This document shows positions 19,486-27,179 of a DNA stretch of 39,808 bases, piece after piece. The DNA is from Bacillota bacterium. GTDB taxonomy: Bacteria > Bacillota > Dethiobacteria > DTU022. Made by a program: the position numbers and the translations under genes. The notes under the pieces are model-generated. The model was not told the origin of the DNA. It did not search any database and saw nothing but the letters and a program-made list of their open reading frames with translations. Each line of letters starts with the position of its first letter. Position 1 is the first letter of the stretch. Location: NCBI GenBank assembly GCA_033809435.1, contig JAPXLS010000002.1, forward strand, positions 1-39,808. The letters run 5' to 3'.

Positions 19486-19689
19486 TCATGATCCATTTCC
19501 GCAGGCCCCATTGTCCAGAACACTTTTTACCCTTCTTTCGAACCTGGTCCGCGGCATCAGAACACTGCGGCCGCAGCGGAGACACTTGATGCGGTAATCC
19601 ATCCCGACCCTGATTATCCTCCAGCAATTGGCGCCGCAGGGATGCCCCTTTTTCATCTGCACAACCTGGCCGATGTGAAAGGGGCCCAC
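19486..19689 (-). CDS. DUF951 family small protein (YyzM-like)
   Basis: VQMKKGHPCGANCWRIIRVGMDYRIKCLRCGRSVLMPR is the DUF951 pattern, and the gene sits next to ychF as in B. subtilis. The GTG start shares 1 nt with the adk TAG (TAGTG). Confidence 0.75.
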   Translation of the reverse strand: MGPFHIGQVVQMKKGHPCGANCWRIIRVGMDYRIKCLRCGRSVLMPRTRFERRVKSVLDNGACGNGS

Positions 19690-20342
19690 TAGGCCGACCC
19701 CGTTTCCAGGGCGGACATGATTTCTTCGAAGATCCGCTCAATATCCTGGTTGCCGTTGATTGCGGCGATCAGGCCCTCAGCGCTGTAGTAGTCAATGAGG
19801 GGAGCGGTCTGTTTCTTGTAGACCTGGAGGCGTTCCTGCACGGTGGTCAGGGAATCATCTTCCCTTTGATACAGTTCTCCACCGCAGCGGTCGCAGACAT
19901 TGCGCACCCTGGGCGGATTATATTTAATGTGATATGTGGCTGCACATTCCCGGCACACCCTCCGGCCCGTCAAGCGGCTAATCAGTTCCTCCTCGTCAAC
20001 TTCTATATGGATCACTCGATCAATTTTCTTCCCGATTTCACCCAGCACCTGGTCAAGGACCTGGGCCTGGACCACGGTCCTGGGGAAGCCGTCGAGAATG
20101 GCGCCCCCGGAACAATCAGAATCAGCCAGCCTTTCTCGAACAATACCTACAACCACCTCATCGGGAACGAGCTGTCCCTGCTCCATGTAACCCCGCGCTT
20201 GCTCTCCCAGCGGGGTACCGCTTTTTACAGCCGCCCTGAGGATATCCCCCGTAGCTATGTACGCCAGATGCAGCTGCTTGACAAGACGTTCCGCCTGTGT
20301 ACCCTTCCCTGCGCCCGGAGGACCCAACAAAACTATAAGCAT
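19689..20342 (-). CDS. adk: Adenylate kinase (Zn-lid type)
   Basis: P-loop LLGPPGAGKGTQ, the GFPRT motif and a Cys4 lid (CRECAATYH...CDRCGGEL). The ATG at 20342 follows GGGAGAGAA. Confidence 0.9.
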   Translation of the reverse strand: MLIVLLGPPGAGKGTQAERLVKQLHLAYIATGDILRAAVKSGTPLGEQARGYMEQGQLVPDEVVVGIVRERLADSDCSGGAILDGFPRTVVQAQVLDQVLGEIGKKIDRVIHIEVDEEELISRLTGRRVCRECAATYHIKYNPPRVRNVCDRCGGELYQREDDSLTTVQERLQVYKKQTAPLIDYYSAEGLIAAINGNQDIERIFEEIMSALETGSA

Positions 20343-20440
20343 TTCTCTCCCTCGCTTTTGGAACACTTCAAAGATATGATTATAGGGTTATATTGTTCTT
20401 CTTTTTTCCTTTAATTCCTGCCCGGGAATATAAAAGAGCA

Positions 20441-21082
20441 TTAATGCCAGATTCCCAGGCAGCCAAAAAGCTGCCAGGCCCAGCGAGCCAGCAGAGTTTT
20501 ATCTAGTTGCAGCAAATGAGGCGGAAACCCGCAGAGCCAGGCCAGGGGGGCGGCCAGGCCTGTAAACAAAGCGGCGGCGCAGCATTGCCTGGCCAGGCCA
20601 ATGAGGGCTCCCCCCCAGCGGGACGATTGCTTCAATCTTGCCTCGTCTTCCCCCGCAAGCCCGGCGCCAAAGAGGCTAAAAAAACCCCGCCAAAGAAAAT
20701 ACCCGGACAAAAACGCGGCGGTGCAGCCAAGCGCCCGGGTCAATGGATCTGCCGGTAGCCCAACATGAACTGCGGCAGTACCGGCTAAATTATTGTAAAA
20801 TGCCTCAAACAAGAAGCAGGGCAAGCCCCGGGGCGGCATATTTCCGCCAATTATACTGCTTACAGGCAGCGCCAGGCGGGTATCAACTGCTGCCCTGATC
20901 ATCTCTTCTACCGGCAAATATCGTTTCCACAGCAGCCTCACCCCCGCCATTCCGGGGAGTGCCGCCAACACGGTACAGATGAGTCCCCCCAGGCTGCAAA
21001 CAGATCTCCTCCAGCCGCTATAGTATCCCCTTAACGCTCCCCATACCAGCAGGCAGCCCAGCGTCAGATCCAACCAAATCAT
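20441..21082 (-). CDS. CvpA-family integral membrane protein
   Basis: The N-terminus MIWLDLTLGCLLVWGALRGYYSGWRRS matches the CvpA pattern (W-D-I-...-RG-..G), and several hydrophobic helices follow. Confidence 0.55.
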   Translation of the reverse strand: MIWLDLTLGCLLVWGALRGYYSGWRRSVCSLGGLICTVLAALPGMAGVRLLWKRYLPVEEMIRAAVDTRLALPVSSIIGGNMPPRGLPCFLFEAFYNNLAGTAAVHVGLPADPLTRALGCTAAFLSGYFLWRGFFSLFGAGLAGEDEARLKQSSRWGGALIGLARQCCAAALFTGLAAPLAWLCGFPPHLLQLDKTLLARWAWQLFGCLGIWH

Positions 21083-21182
21083 GGCTTAACCCGTCTTTCC
21101 CTCGTGATCCCCGTCTCTCATACATATTTAAAAAGGTATTTTAATATAACTAAGGTATCTCGAAGCTGAAGGAGAGGGCTGC

Positions 21183-21776
21183 ATGGCCGATGGGTTGGCA
21201 ACACTTCCCCGATTGGAGAAGGCTGAAAAGAGTACCATATTAAGGGTTAACTGCAAAGACCTGAAAGCAGTAGAAAAGATTGCCGGCGCCCTCATTATAA
21301 TGATGTCGGGCCTGAAGGAACCTTTCCGGAAAAGGGAGCGCCTTATAGTGTGCATTGGCTCGGACCGCTCTACCGGGGATTCACTGGGACCCTTGGTCGG
21401 AGCGTACCTTAAGCAGCTGCTGCTGCCCCGTACTGAAATATGGGGAACGCTGGCTGATCCTGTTCACGCCCTTAATCTGGAAAAATATGCGCTAAAAATC
21501 AACGGCGATGAATCGCACCCTCTGGTCATCGCCGTTGATGCTTCACTGGGCAAACCCGGCAGTGTGGGATTGATCGAGGTAGGCAAGGGCCCTCTCGTTC
21601 CAGGGGCCGGTGTGAACAAAAAATTGCCGCCCGTCGGACATATCTACTTGAGCGGCATTGTCAATCTGGGCGGTTTCATGGAGCAGATGGTTCTTCAGAG
21701 CACCCGGCTTTTTCACGTGCTGGAAATTGCCATGGTCATGGCTCGAAGCCTGCAGCATGCCCTCGAACAGACGTGA
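21183..21776 (+). CDS. yyaC: Sporulation protein YyaC (GPR/HybD-like putative protease)
   Basis: VCIGSDRSTGDSLGPLVG and IAVDASLG motifs, as in B. subtilis YyaC. GAAGGAGAGGG lies 4 nt before the ATG. This is one of only two plus-strand genes left of oriC. Confidence 0.8.
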   Translation: MADGLATLPRLEKAEKSTILRVNCKDLKAVEKIAGALIIMMSGLKEPFRKRERLIVCIGSDRSTGDSLGPLVGAYLKQLLLPRTEIWGTLADPVHALNLEKYALKINGDESHPLVIAVDASLGKPGSVGLIEVGKGPLVPGAGVNKKLPPVGHIYLSGIVNLGGFMEQMVLQSTRLFHVLEIAMVMARSLQHALEQT

Positions 21777-21817
21777 AAAATGGCCCTTTGTGGCCGGAAG
21801 TATTTTGGTTCCTGACC

Positions 21818-22231
21818 CTAGACCTTGGCGGGAGGGCTTTCCGGCGCTGCTTTCCTTAACAGAGGCTTGACCTGCTGATCCTTCTGTCTCATCTCCATGC
21901 TGCCGGAGAAGACCGCCCCGTCGTCAACGAGCAATCCGTTCGTTTTAACACTGCCGATAATAACACCACTGCTTTTGATTTCCAGCTTTCCCTCTGCTTC
22001 CAGGTTGCCCTCAAACTGGCCGGCAATAGCTACATGGCGGGCTTTTAACTCCAGATTAACTTTTCCGCTTTCACCGATAACCACATCTCCCTGCGTTTCG
22101 ACGACACCCTCCATCTCGCCGTCTATCCTGATCAGGCCTTTTGCCTTGATCGTCCCCTTGAAACACGTTTCTTTACCGATAACTGTGTTCACCTTGTCCG
22201 GTGGAGTTTCCAGGGGGGGTTTTTTAAACAT
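21818..22231 (-). CDS. Bactofilin family polymer-forming cytoskeletal protein
   Basis: Beta-helix repeat pattern: IDGEMEGVVETQGDVVIGESGKVNLELKARHVAIAGQFEGNLEAEGKLEIKSSGVIIGSVKT. The ATG at 22231 lies 6 nt after GGAGGTG, and the listed ATG at 22246 is part of that SD. Confidence 0.8.
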   Translation of the reverse strand: MFKKPPLETPPDKVNTVIGKETCFKGTIKAKGLIRIDGEMEGVVETQGDVVIGESGKVNLELKARHVAIAGQFEGNLEAEGKLEIKSSGVIIGSVKTNGLLVDDGAVFSGSMEMRQKDQQVKPLLRKAAPESPPAKV

Positions 22232-22255
22232 CTCGTCCACCTCCATGAATAGGTA

Positions 22256-23164
22256 TTAATTCATATATCGCAAGGGGTTTACTGCAACACCGCCAACGTG
22301 AACCTCATAATGGAGGTGGGTCCCCGTAGCGTGCCCGGTCCGGCCCATATAACCGATCACCTGGCCCCGTTTTACCCACTGCCCCGATGAAACGGCAAAA
22401 CTTGAAAGGTGAGCATAATATGTGTGAAAACCATAACCATGCGCAACAATGATCAGGTTTCCATAGCCTCCGCGATAGCCGGCCTGGGTGACCTGCCCGC
22501 TTGCAGTAGCATAGATAGGGGCGCCGTGAGAACCGGCAATGTCAACACCATAGTGAAACTGGCTGCCCCCTCCGAAGGGAGAGCGCCGCATCCCGAACCC
22601 CGAAGTGAACCTGCCCCTTGCCGGCCAGATCGAGGGCGTGGCTGCAAGGCGGCGAATATATTCGTCCACTTCCCCTTTCAGGTTTTCCAGCGTATCGGTG
22701 TTTTCCGGAATCAGGCTCTGCAGCAGAGACAAATTTTCCGCCGCCCGATCGAGCACCCGATCCTGGTCCGAGCGCGAGGCCAGCAAGCGTGTCTCTGCAG
22801 GTGCAGCTTCTCCTTCATCCTCGTTCTGCTCTTCATCCCGCCCTGTACTTATACCCATCTTTCCAGCCACGTCCTCAGCCAACTCCTCGATCTGCTGCAT
22901 CCGCTCCAGCAGCTGCTGCGTTATACAGGCAAAGGCGTTGATTTCATCCTGCTGCACCTGGTTTGCCTGGCGCAAAATGCGCATCTCCTCGGCATCCAGA
23001 CGGGCATTATGGTAGGCATTGGCCAAAAATAAAAAAGCGGCCAACCCCACCACAAAAAGAACAACAATCATCTGACCAATAATAAGAGGCAGACGAAAAC
23101 TGTAGGTGGCCTCCTCCGAGTGAGGCACGATCATTATCGTAAAACAACGATTCTTTTTCTGCAC
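22256..23164 (-). CDS. M23 family metallopeptidase (membrane-anchored, coiled-coil linker)
   Basis: HYGVDIAG and GTHLHYEV M23 motifs, plus an N-terminal FTIMIVPHSEE...TM helix typical of this subfamily. The ORF's first 44 codons overlap the DUF4446 gene. GTG at 23164 after AAGGGTGA is the likely start; ATG at 23134 is the alternative. Confidence 0.8.
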   Translation of the reverse strand: MQKKNRCFTIMIVPHSEEATYSFRLPLIIGQMIVVLFVVGLAAFLFLANAYHNARLDAEEMRILRQANQVQQDEINAFACITQQLLERMQQIEELAEDVAGKMGISTGRDEEQNEDEGEAAPAETRLLASRSDQDRVLDRAAENLSLLQSLIPENTDTLENLKGEVDEYIRRLAATPSIWPARGRFTSGFGMRRSPFGGGSQFHYGVDIAGSHGAPIYATASGQVTQAGYRGGYGNLIIVAHGYGFHTYYAHLSSFAVSSGQWVKRGQVIGYMGRTGHATGTHLHYEVHVGGVAVNPLRYMN

Positions 23165-23190
23165 CTTGTTATCACCCTTAAAAAACCTGA

Positions 23191-23736
23191 TCAATTCCCG
23201 GCATCCAACTGCTTTCTGGCTTCGTTCAGCGCCTGCATTTCCTCCTCGCTGAGGAGATGCGTTGATTGCCCCCCCTTGACAGGCTTGCCGTAGCACCTGC
23301 TCTCTTCCCTTCCAAAAAGACTGGTCAAAACCATGCCATCAAAATTGCGATCCAGCAGCGCCAGGGAAAAGCTGAGATCGCTTCCCGTTTCCCTGAATGC
23401 GTTATAGCGAACGAGCCCTACACCGGCCACCGCCAGCTGGAGCTTATCCTCGATCCCCGCCAGCCGACGATCGACTAGCTTCTGCCGGTGAATCGCCTCC
23501 TCGATGAGGGCGCCGTGATGGTTGAGCAGCTCCTCCAGGCAGAGTTCCTCCCGTCCCAACATCATCTTGCGGTATCGCTTTTTAAGGGCCTTGCCCCGCA
23601 GCACTGCCACTGTTGAAAGCACGATGGAAACCAACGCTGCCACAGCAACAGCCAGAAGAAGATAAAGGGCGTTGGCGGAAACCCACGCATCGATCAACTC
23701 CAAAACCGGCACCCCCCGATAAACCCTTACTAACAA
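23191..23736 (-). CDS. DUF4446 family protein (conserved parB-downstream gene)
   Basis: N-terminal TM helix, then GLVRYNAFRETGSDLSFSLALLD...GMVLTSLFGREESRCYGKPV, the DUF4446 pattern. The true start may be the TTG at 23703, which follows GGGGGTG. Confidence 0.65.
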   Translation of the reverse strand: MLVRVYRGVPVLELIDAWVSANALYLLLAVAVAALVSIVLSTVAVLRGKALKKRYRKMMLGREELCLEELLNHHGALIEEAIHRQKLVDRRLAGIEDKLQLAVAGVGLVRYNAFRETGSDLSFSLALLDRNFDGMVLTSLFGREESRCYGKPVKGGQSTHLLSEEEMQALNEARKQLDAGN

Positions 23737-23802
23737 AACCTATTAAGAAACGTTAACAATGTTAATTTCGCCTTAAAAGGCGATTCTCCTTTTTTATAAA
23801 AA

Positions 23803-23818
23803 AGTTTCATGTGAAACT
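23803..23818. promoter_or_regulatory. Degenerate parS-like site
   Basis: AGTTTCATGTGAAACT matches the parS consensus TGTTTCACGTGAAACA at 13 of 16 positions. Confidence 0.5.
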
Positions 23819-23843
23819 GCCTATGGCTTCAGCCTGACCGCCC

Positions 23844-23859
23844 TGTTTCACGTGAAACC
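23844..23859. promoter_or_regulatory. parS centromere-like site
   Basis: TGTTTCACGTGAAACC matches the parS consensus at 15 of 16 positions. It ends 1 nt before the parB stop codon. Confidence 0.85.
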
Positions 23860-23860
23860 T

Positions 23861-24727
23861 CTAGCTGATGCCCCCGGGCAGCAGCAGTCCAAGGAGTCGA
23901 TCGAGATCGTCGTCTCCATAAAAAGATATCTCGATAGCACCACCGCCGCCCCTGCGGTATATCTTTACCCTTGTGCCCAGCCTGCGCTGCAGGCTGCCCT
24001 GCAGCTCTTTCAGAATTGAATCCTCCGCTGCCGGTTCCTTTTCTGCCCTGCCCTGGTCTGTACCTGCCGCCGCCTTGGCTGCCAGCCGCTCCACTTCGCG
24101 GGCGGTCATTTTCCGGGCGACAATCTGTCTGGCAAGCTCTTCCTGGCGCGCAGGTTCTTGCAGCGACAGCAGCGGCCGCGCCTGCCCTGCGTTCAGCTCG
24201 CCCCTGATGATGGCCTCCTGCACTTTCTGCGGCAGCGCCAGCAGTCGGACAGTATTGGCAATAGCCGGCCGGCTCTTCCCGAGGCGCCGTCCCAGCTGTT
24301 CCTGCGTCATTCCAAACTCATCCATGAGTCTGCGGTAGGCAACCGCTTCCTCGATAGGATTAAGGTCTTCACGCTGCAGGTTTTCAATCAGCGCTATTTC
24401 AATCATCGTTCTTTCATCAAGGTCCCGCACCAGTGCCGGGATCCGGGATAGCCCGGCCATCCTGGCGGCCCGGCAGCGCCTCTCACCGGCCACAAGGTAG
24501 TACCCCTCCTTGCCGCGGGCCGGAGAAACCACAACTGCCTGAACTACGCCGTGCTCCTTGATGGAGTCAGCCAGTTCCTGCAGTTTCTCTTCATCGAAAT
24601 TCACCCGGGGTTGGAAAGGGTTTGGTTCTATCTGGCCTAAAGGGACCTCCTTCACGTCCCCTGTTTCTGTTAACGCCTCATTGATCAGCGCTCCCAGTCC
24701 CCGGCCCAATCTCCTTTTATCGCTCAT
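23861..24727 (-). CDS. parB: Chromosome partitioning protein ParB/Spo0J
   Basis: N-terminal RRLGRGLGALI and ParB box LVAGERRCRAA, with an HTH region. The ATG overlaps the parA TGA (ATGA). Confidence 0.92.
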   Translation of the reverse strand: MSDKRRLGRGLGALINEALTETGDVKEVPLGQIEPNPFQPRVNFDEEKLQELADSIKEHGVVQAVVVSPARGKEGYYLVAGERRCRAARMAGLSRIPALVRDLDERTMIEIALIENLQREDLNPIEEAVAYRRLMDEFGMTQEQLGRRLGKSRPAIANTVRLLALPQKVQEAIIRGELNAGQARPLLSLQEPARQEELARQIVARKMTAREVERLAAKAAAGTDQGRAEKEPAAEDSILKELQGSLQRRLGTRVKIYRRGGGGAIEISFYGDDDLDRLLGLLLPGGIS

Positions 24728-25482
24728 CTTTTGCCCACCTCCCCGGCCAGGGCCATATAAACTTCCGCCCCCCTGCTGCGGGGATCATATTCCAAAATAT
24801 GCAGTCCATGGCTGGGCGCCTCGCTTAAGCGGACATTGCGGGGAATAACCGTCCGGTAGACCTTCTCCTTAAAATAATCCCGAACCTCCTCCGCAACCTG
24901 TTCGGAAAGGTTCGTCCGCGGGTCATACATGGTTAAAACAACACCCTCAATTTTTAAATTTTCATTAAGATGTCTGCGCACAAGTGAAATCGTGTTCATC
25001 AGCTGTCCCAGCCCCTCCAGCGCGTAGTACTCGCACTGTATGGGGATCAATACCCCGCCGGCGGATGTAAGGGCGTTTAATGTAAGCAATCCAAGGGAAG
25101 GAGGGCAGTCGATCATGATCATGGAATAATCCTTTTTAACCTGCTCCAGTGCATCCCTGAGCTTGATTTCCCTTGAAACGGTAGGCACCAGTTCGATTTC
25201 CGCTCCCGCCAGCTGAATTGTTGCCGGCGCCACAAAGAGGTTCTCCCATCGAGAGGGCACAATAATTCTTTCCAGGGGAAGCCCGTTGATCAAGGCATCA
25301 TAAATGCAGGCTTTGATCTCTTTTTTGGAAAGGCCTATTCCGCTGGTGGCATTGCCCTGGGGATCGATATCTATAAGCAGCACCTTCTCGCCCAGCCGGG
25401 CCAAAGCAGCGCTCAGGTTAACCGCCGTGGTGGTTTTGCCCACACCGCCTTTTTGATTGGCGATGGCTATAATGCGCGCCAT
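24724..25482 (-). CDS. parA: Chromosome partitioning ATPase ParA/Soj
   Basis: Deviant Walker A in ANQKGGVGKTTTAVNL. The ATG at 25482 follows AAGGGAGAGGA plus 3 nt. Confidence 0.92.
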   Translation of the reverse strand: MARIIAIANQKGGVGKTTTAVNLSAALARLGEKVLLIDIDPQGNATSGIGLSKKEIKACIYDALINGLPLERIIVPSRWENLFVAPATIQLAGAEIELVPTVSREIKLRDALEQVKKDYSMIMIDCPPSLGLLTLNALTSAGGVLIPIQCEYYALEGLGQLMNTISLVRRHLNENLKIEGVVLTMYDPRTNLSEQVAEEVRDYFKEKVYRTVIPRNVRLSEAPSHGLHILEYDPRSRGAEVYMALAGEVGKR

Positions 25483-25521
25483 TGTTCCTCTCCCTTTCCG
25501 ACCGGTAGTTGTCACTTCAAT

Positions 25522-26352
25522 TTAAGAGCCGTCCTTGAAAAGACGTATGGTCATTTCTATGTAATCCCGCTCCACTTTCTCCTCCACCTCCGGCTTCAAA
25601 CCGGAGTTCTCGATAATCTTGACAGCCTGGCGAAGGGTGTTTAGAAATATGCGCATATCCCGGACCGCGCCTTTCCGCTGGGGCCCCGGTTTCGGAGTCC
25701 CCCTCCGCTCCAAAAAACCATCGATTCTTTTTTCGGTATCGCTTACAGTCAAATCACCCTTGATTATCTCCAAGACCATCTTTTTCTGCTGCTCCTCCGA
25801 GCCAAGTTTCAAAAGTGCGCGTGCATGTCGTTCTGAAAGCTGCTCCCTGACCAGGAGATCTTTGACCCCCTCCGGCAGTTTCAGCAGCCGCATCTTGTTG
25901 GCGATTGTTGATTGACTTTTGCCGAGACGCTGGGCCAGAACCTCCTGGGTCAGGTTAAAGGTCCGGATTAATCTGGCATAACCTTCTGCCTCGTCAAGAT
26001 AGCCGAGGTTCTCCCTTTGCAGATTCTCTATGAGCGCCATTGCTGCGACAGCGCTGTCTGAAAGTTCTTTTACGATTGAAGGTATTGTTTTCCATCCCAG
26101 GTTCTTGCAAGCAATGACCCTACGCTCACCGGCAACAATCTGGTAAGCCCGTCCTGCGGGGCGCACAATAATGGGATGCATCAAACCGTAAGTCTTTATG
26201 GATTGGGTCAATTCCGCTATTTTTTCCTCCGGAAAATTCTTTCGTGGCTGGTAGGGGTTCGGCTGCAGATGGTCTATTCGGGCCTGGATGACCTTCTCCT
26301 TATTCAACTCTCCCTCGAACAATGGAATTTTTCTGATACGGTCATCTTTCAT
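25522..26352 (-). CDS. noc: Nucleoid occlusion protein Noc (ParB paralogue)
   Basis: ParB-like motifs PNPYQPRKNF and IVAGERRVIACK plus an HTH. Position between rsmG and parA matches B. subtilis. GAGGTGGTGA lies 7 nt before the ATG. Confidence 0.75.
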   Translation of the reverse strand: MKDDRIRKIPLFEGELNKEKVIQARIDHLQPNPYQPRKNFPEEKIAELTQSIKTYGLMHPIIVRPAGRAYQIVAGERRVIACKNLGWKTIPSIVKELSDSAVAAMALIENLQRENLGYLDEAEGYARLIRTFNLTQEVLAQRLGKSQSTIANKMRLLKLPEGVKDLLVREQLSERHARALLKLGSEEQQKKMVLEIIKGDLTVSDTEKRIDGFLERRGTPKPGPQRKGAVRDMRIFLNTLRQAVKIIENSGLKPEVEEKVERDYIEMTIRLFKDGS

Positions 26353-26435
26353 CTGATGATCACCACCTCAAGCTTGCTTATGGAAACTATTAGACAAGCC
26401 GGTAAGCATTCCTTCATAAAGGTAAACAAAATTAA

Positions 26436-27173
26436 TTAAATGCCCAGCGGTTTCCTGGCCGGCACACCGTTTCTTCTAGGATAAATAACCGGAGTGTTCG
26501 CTATCTTTTTGATCAAAAACAGGGTCCTTTCTTCCCCGGTGATAAGGCGGTAGCGCCAGCCCTTCTCCTCCTTGCCTCCGCAAAGGTTGATGGAAACCTT
26601 CGCTTCTTCCATTTCGCTCGTTCCCTGCTTGCCTTTGTAAAGCAGCAAGCAACCTCCGACCTTTATCAGGGGCAGCGCCAGCTCGGCCAGCACTGCCGCC
26701 CGCGCTACCGCCCGGCTGACCACACAATCAAAGCGCTCGCGGCAGCCGGGATCCCGGCCCCACATCTCCGCCCGCCCGGGTAAATAATAAACTTCCCGCA
26801 GCTCCAGCTCGGCGGCCACACGCCTCAAATAATTGATCCTCTGCGTTTTGGCATCCAGCAGATAAAGCTTTAACCCGGGAAGTGATATTTTCAGCGGTAT
26901 CCCAGGCAAACCTGCTCCTGTACCCAGATCCAGCAGGCTGCCGGGAGGTATACGCAAAAGCTTCAGCGGATATAAAGAGTCGTAAATATGTTTTTCTATA
27001 AGTGAAGCACCGCTCTTTTCACCTACAAGCCTCTGCCTGTCCAGACCTTCCAGCAGAAGATCAACGTAACGCAAAAGCTGTTCTTTCTGTAAATCGCTTA
27101 TCACCAGTCCCAGCTTCGCTGCTACGCGTCCCAGAAGTTCACTGAATTCCCTTTCGGATGTCACCTCAAGCAC
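26436..27173 (-). CDS. rsmG: 16S rRNA (guanine527-N7)-methyltransferase
   Basis: SAM-binding motif LLDLGTGAGLPGIPLKI and a GidB-like length. GTG start at 27173, 6 nt after the mnmE TAA, has a weak SD, so the start is uncertain. Confidence 0.88.
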   Translation of the reverse strand: MLEVTSEREFSELLGRVAAKLGLVISDLQKEQLLRYVDLLLEGLDRQRLVGEKSGASLIEKHIYDSLYPLKLLRIPPGSLLDLGTGAGLPGIPLKISLPGLKLYLLDAKTQRINYLRRVAAELELREVYYLPGRAEMWGRDPGCRERFDCVVSRAVARAAVLAELALPLIKVGGCLLLYKGKQGTSEMEEAKVSINLCGGKEEKGWRYRLITGEERTLFLIKKIANTPVIYPRRNGVPARKPLGI

Positions 27174-27179
27174 TGCCTG

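Noticed and set aside
20414-20432. CCCGGG-centred sequence (ATTCCTGCCCGGGAATAT) resembling a Noc-binding site (consensus ATTTCCCGGGAAAT)
   Set aside because: Only one half-site (CCCGGGAAT) fits and the other half is disrupted. It cannot be called an NBS without a matrix scan or ChIP data.
23766-23800. Hairpin TCGCC-ttaaaa-GGCGA followed by a T-run on the plus strand, between parB and the DUF4446 gene
   Set aside because: The U-tract is on the plus strand, where no gene is transcribed into it. On the minus (gene) strand the 5-bp stem has no U-tract. It is too weak to call a parB terminator.
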